From Selaginella moellendorffii (taxonomy: Eukaryota > Plantae > Lycopodiophyta): a stretch of DNA of 64,000 bases. The notes under the pieces are model-generated. The model searched no databases. It saw nothing but the letters and a program-made list of their open reading frames with translations, and was not told where the DNA came from. Location of the stretch: NCBI RefSeq assembly GCF_000143415.4, contig NW_003314278.1, forward strand, positions 1,624,362-1,688,361. The letters are read 5' to 3'. Position 1 is the stretch's first letter; every line of letters starts with the position of its first letter. A program made the translations under genes and the position numbers. Below, piece after piece: positions 57,752-64,000 of this stretch.

Positions 57752-58957
57752 CTAGAAGCCAATGAAGTCTTGAGAGAGTGAAACATAGGGTGCGTCATCC
57801 ATTGGATTCAACTCCAGAGCTCTTGTTGCAGCCCAAGTTCCAATGCTATAGTCTAGCTTCGAGGCAGCCAGTAACAATGTCTTCCAGGTGACACAATCTG
57901 GACCAAGCGGCATCTCCTCCACGGCCTCACGCACTTGTCGCAGCAAACCAGCTCGTCCCAGCGCATTTGAAACGCAATTGTAGTGATCCAAGCATGGCGA
58001 GAGACCGTGATCCTCGATCATCGAGGAGAAAAGCTTCAGTCCTCGCCCCAGATCTCCCCTCGAGTTGCACGAGCTGAGGATCCAAGTGAAAGTGGTGCCG
58101 TCCGGTGGCACGTCTTCCATCCTCATTGAGCTCAAGAGCTCGACAGCGCTATCGTTTTGGAACACTGCACAGGCTTGAAAGATGGAGTTCCAGGACGGCA
58201 CTGACTTCTCCGGAACTCGATCAAACAAACGCTTGGCTTCCAAAAGTTGGCCTCTCCTCACGCAAGCCGCGATCAAAGTGTTCCACGAGACAGCATCTCG
58301 CTGGGGCATAGCTCTGAAAATGTCAGCTGCTTCGCTCGATTCCCCATTCTCCGCAAACGCATCCAGAACTATGTTCCACGAAACCAAGTTGGTTTCTGGC
58401 ATTTCATCGAAAACCTTCCGAGCTTCGTATGGATGCCCGTTTTGTGCATACGCAGCAACCATGGCAGTCCAGACCACAACGTTTCTCTGAGGCATTTGAT
58501 CGAACAAAGCTTTGGCCTGGTCCATATAGCCAAACCGGGCATAAGCAGTGATCATAGTGCTCCATGAAACAAGGTCTCTTTCCTGCATAGATTCAAACAG
58601 AGCTATGGCTTCGTCAAGATTCGCTGCGTCTGCGCAAACAAGAATCATGGCATTCCAAGACGCCAGGTCTCGCATCGGCATTTGATCAAACAGTTCCCGT
58701 GCGTGTAATGGATGCCCATTACGGGCATATGCTGCGATCACCATGGTCCAAGAAAAGAGATTTGGCCTTCGAATGTGATCAAACACGTACTTGGCATCTT
58801 CGACGCTGCCACACTTGCCATACATTTCCACCACAAGGTTGGCGAGATAGACAATGTTGAGATAGTTGCCTTGTCTCAAGCAACTACATAGATCCCGAGC
58901 CTGGGATAAATCCCTGCAACTCTTCACTCGCTCGGCTAAAGAAGAGATCAAGACCAT
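57752..58957 (-). CDS. PLS-class PPR protein with E-like domain
   Basis: VVEMYGKCGSVEDAK, repeats, HYNCVSNALGRAG. Confidence 0.88.
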   Translation of the reverse strand: MVLISSLAERVKSCRDLSQARDLCSCLRQGNYLNIVYLANLVVEMYGKCGSVEDAKYVFDHIRRPNLFSWTMVIAAYARNGHPLHARELFDQMPMRDLASWNAMILVCADAANLDEAIALFESMQERDLVSWSTMITAYARFGYMDQAKALFDQMPQRNVVVWTAMVAAYAQNGHPYEARKVFDEMPETNLVSWNIVLDAFAENGESSEAADIFRAMPQRDAVSWNTLIAACVRRGQLLEAKRLFDRVPEKSVPSWNSIFQACAVFQNDSAVELLSSMRMEDVPPDGTTFTWILSSCNSRGDLGRGLKLFSSMIEDHGLSPCLDHYNCVSNALGRAGLLRQVREAVEEMPLGPDCVTWKTLLLAASKLDYSIGTWAATRALELNPMDDAPYVSLSQDFIGF

Positions 58958-60277
58958 CTGTCACAGATTGCTGATAACGTAAAGAAAACGAGGAAAAACC
59001 ATCGATCCAAAAACCATGCAGAGGATCGAAACACAGGAAGCCCGTGACGATCAAAAGCCCGAGCTTCTTACGAGCTTCATCGCCACGAGCAAAAGAACTG
59101 GCGGTGGCAGAAAGACGTAGCCCGAGAGAAAGCTTCCTCGCAGCCAAATCCCAAAGACGAGCGTGAAGACGGCAGCGTCGCAAGCTCCTCCCCACAGCGA
59201 GCTCGCTTGCATCACCAAGTAAGCCACAAGCATGCCTCTGCCACCTCCAATCAGCCATGCTACTGCGAGTGCCAGTTTGTACCACGTCGAGAGCTTGGTC
59301 CGGAAAGACATCGCGACGCCAAGAGCTGCCAGAGCTGCCCGGATTCCAAACCTGTAGAAGATCACTGCCAGCGTCCAAGTTGCTAGAAAGATCATGTTTC
59401 GGGAGCTTTGCCACTCCGCCAGCCAGTCTTCTCCGTCATCCTGTGATTCCTCGGCCATGTTTGAGCTATCGAATTCGTCGTCCCTGGCCCCGGTCCTGTG
59501 CCTCCTCACCCAAGTCGGCTCAAACTTTCGTCTCCTACGAGACGAGCGTCCGGACCTTCTCTCGTAGTCACTGGTATCGAAATCCACCTGAAAAAAGGAG
59601 CAAGGTGATTTTCATCGTATCGCGAGTCCGAACGAAGCACTTACGCGTTCATAGTATCTATAGCTTTGAGAGCGTGCATATCTGAAAGAATTGTAGTCCG
59701 TCCCCTCCGGAGAACTGGTTGTCCTGGTTCTTTGGTGATGAAGTGTTTGATTGTATTCTCTTCTGCTAGTCTCGTTGGACAAAACCTGGAAAAAAAGAAG
59801 GATCTATGGCCACGAAGGAAAAAAAAAACAAAGAACTTCACCTCATACGCTACTCGAACAGACTTGAAAATCTCTTCCGCGTCCGCGGCCTTGTTTACAT
59901 CCGGATGGTACTGCACACAGCAGCCTGCCATTGTCAATACTAACGCTCAGTCACAACCATGGAGGAACAAAGAAAGAAAAAACAAGAACCAAGGAAGAGA
60001 TGAAAGAACGAAGGAAAAAAGAAATCACGAAGAAACAATGCACTCTCACCTTGTGCGCAAGCTGCCGGAACGCTTTCTTGATCTCCAGCGGGCTCGCATT
60101 GTAGTGCAGCCCAAGAATCTCGTAGTGATTCTTCTTCCCGCCGCTGATAGCTCTTGGGATCCACAGCGCCCGCTTCCCGGTGAGGCGCGACGAGCGATTG
60201 AACCGCGAAAAGACCTGTGCAGCGCCGAAATCACAGCGAAGCGATGGCGATGGCGCTGCATTCTTCCCCAAAACCAT
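58884..60277 (-). CDS. J-domain (DnaJ type C) protein with probable transit peptide and C-terminal hydrophobic helices, multi-exon
   Basis: NHYEILGL..EIKKAFRQLAHK|YHPDVNK; hydrophobic C-terminal exon. The 3' end is either 59051 (unspliced) or 58884 (spliced). Confidence 0.82.
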
Positions 60278-60339
60278 CGACTGGTTTTTAGGGCTCTTGG
60301 AGAGATAAGCCAAACCCCTGGTTTTAGGGTTTTGGCGTG

Positions 60340-62367
<2,028 letters not shown>

Positions 62368-62586
62368 CAAAAGGTGAAGATCATCCCAAGCTTCGCAAAG
62401 CACTTGAGGGAGGAGATGGAATCACTCCCAAAGTTTTGCTCTCATGGCTGGAACGCTATGAATTTCATTCGGATAGAATCATATTAAATTTGCTTGTTGA
62501 CAACAGAGATTATGCTAGAACATAAATCATTCCTCGTGTTAGCTTTGGGAGTTGAAATTATCAACAATCACGAATTTCATTTTTTA

Positions 62587-63436
62587 TCAGCTCAGGAGCT
62601 TCTCCAGAGCGGCGTTCTCGTCTCCACCGCAGCACTCGAGGGCAGCAGTCGCAACTTCATCCGTGAAGCCCATTTCTACCAGCTTTGCTACCTGTGAAAG
62701 AACCAAGAGCTATGAGTTTACGCTAAACATCACTGTATACAAGTACCTTTTCTTCCATGCCAAGCGAAGATCTCTTCGCAAACGATTCAGTCCAGTATCT
62801 TGCAGTGCTCTCGAAGACTGGATACTCACGCAAGTACTGGATCAAGCAAACAAGCGAAGTTGTCAAAAACTTCTAGCACGAAACGTTTTTTTCGCTCTTT
62901 ACCTGCTTTGCGACCACTGCGTCTTGAGGATCACCCGGCTCGGGCGTGGAGAGGAGCGCTTGGAGAGAAAGTAGAGCCGTCTTGAGAGTGAGAGCCGGGC
63001 TCCACTGGTCTTTGAGAATGTCTAGGCAAATGGCTCCGTTTTGGCTGCTGATATTGGGATGCCTGGGCAAAGTAAAAGGAGACAAGATCAGCATCAAAGA
63101 AAAAAAAAAAACTAGATTTTTTGTTCCTCTTTTCTCGTGCTCTCACTCACCAGACTTTGGTAATGAACTGCATTTTGGGGGGCTCGAAAGGATACGCAGC
63201 TAGAGAAGAACAAAATAAAAAGTAAGAGTTTGAGAAGAAAGGGAAAATTTACACTTACAGGGTAACTGAATGTCGACAGTGAAGATACCGCCCTCGTAGG
63301 GAGTGCCGATAGGACCAGTGATTGTCCCTCGCATTCTACTCAGGCCATCGTCAAATACCTGGATGCTCACGCCTGACAGCTTCTTATCGCGCTCGATCTC
63401 CACAAGCTCCTTCTGCACACGAGAAACATCGAGCAT
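62587..63436 (-). CDS. UBC27: Ubiquitin-conjugating enzyme E2 with C-terminal UBA domain
   Basis: [39 protein letters not shown] motif KLVEMGF..ALEKLLS. Confidence 0.93.
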
Positions 63437-64000
63437 CTTCGCTTCCTCTCTGGCGCGCCCCCGGCGCCCGCAAATCCCTGCGGTGTCCCTCTCTACCTTT
63501 CCCCTCGCGTTGATCTGACCTAAGCGACCACAAGCACGGCTTGCCGTGCCTTCGCCATGAGCCCTTTCTTTGCCCACTTTTGATGCCACAAATAGCCATG
63601 ATTCGAACCGCTCACCTTTTCAAAGGATACAATTTTTTTATTTTCTTAAGTAAAAGAGGTTATTTTATTATTTTATCCATTTTATAAAACATATCTGAAT
63701 AACAAATTTATAAAAAACTTGAAATCCATATATATACAAGAAATTGCTAACAAATGCTGGGTGGTTGGCAAATTTTATGCCATTTCAAAAGGTTTGCTGA
63801 GTTTAGCTATATTTGCTGTTTAATTAACTCCACAATTGAAAGATATTCTCTTGACCGAACATGAATGTCTTAACTATAATTTAGTGTGTGTTAACGTGCT
63901 GGACATTTCAAAAAAACTAAGCTGTGGTGGCTGTGGTTATTGGTCAGCTCTTGCATCATAGCTGTAATCATTAAATAATAATGCATTTACTATACTAGGT

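Overview
Gene-dense land-plant nuclear DNA with tiny (~45-100 nt) introns and many PPR genes built from short repeats, most consistent with a lycophyte such as Selaginella (inferred, not proven). Left to right: a class II O-methyltransferase-like gene, a decayed Ty1/copia element, and a 9-exon Hsp33-fold gene invisible in the ORF track. Then comes a ~14 kb tandem duplication array (7.7-22 kb) with four intact two-exon Pin-II-type proteinase inhibitor genes among PPR pseudogene fragments, ending at the intact parent PPR. After that: two UGTs flanking a CBM48-NdhV fusion gene, a SKOR/GORK-type K+ channel, an alpha-crystallin-domain gene, rbcS, a dirigent gene, an unusual metallothionein, a CRINKLY4-like receptor (likely pseudokinase) plus its pseudogene, several PPRs, an inositol 5-phosphatase, a catalytically dead papain-LamG fusion, an intronless PLATZ, a DnaJ gene overlapping a PPR, PRMT3 and UBC27. 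The strongest leads are the papain pseudoprotease-LamG fusion, the CBM48-NdhV fusion, the Cys-less Hsp33 with a mitochondrial-type presequence, and the Pin-II array. All family calls come from motif recognition by eye; no database searches were run.
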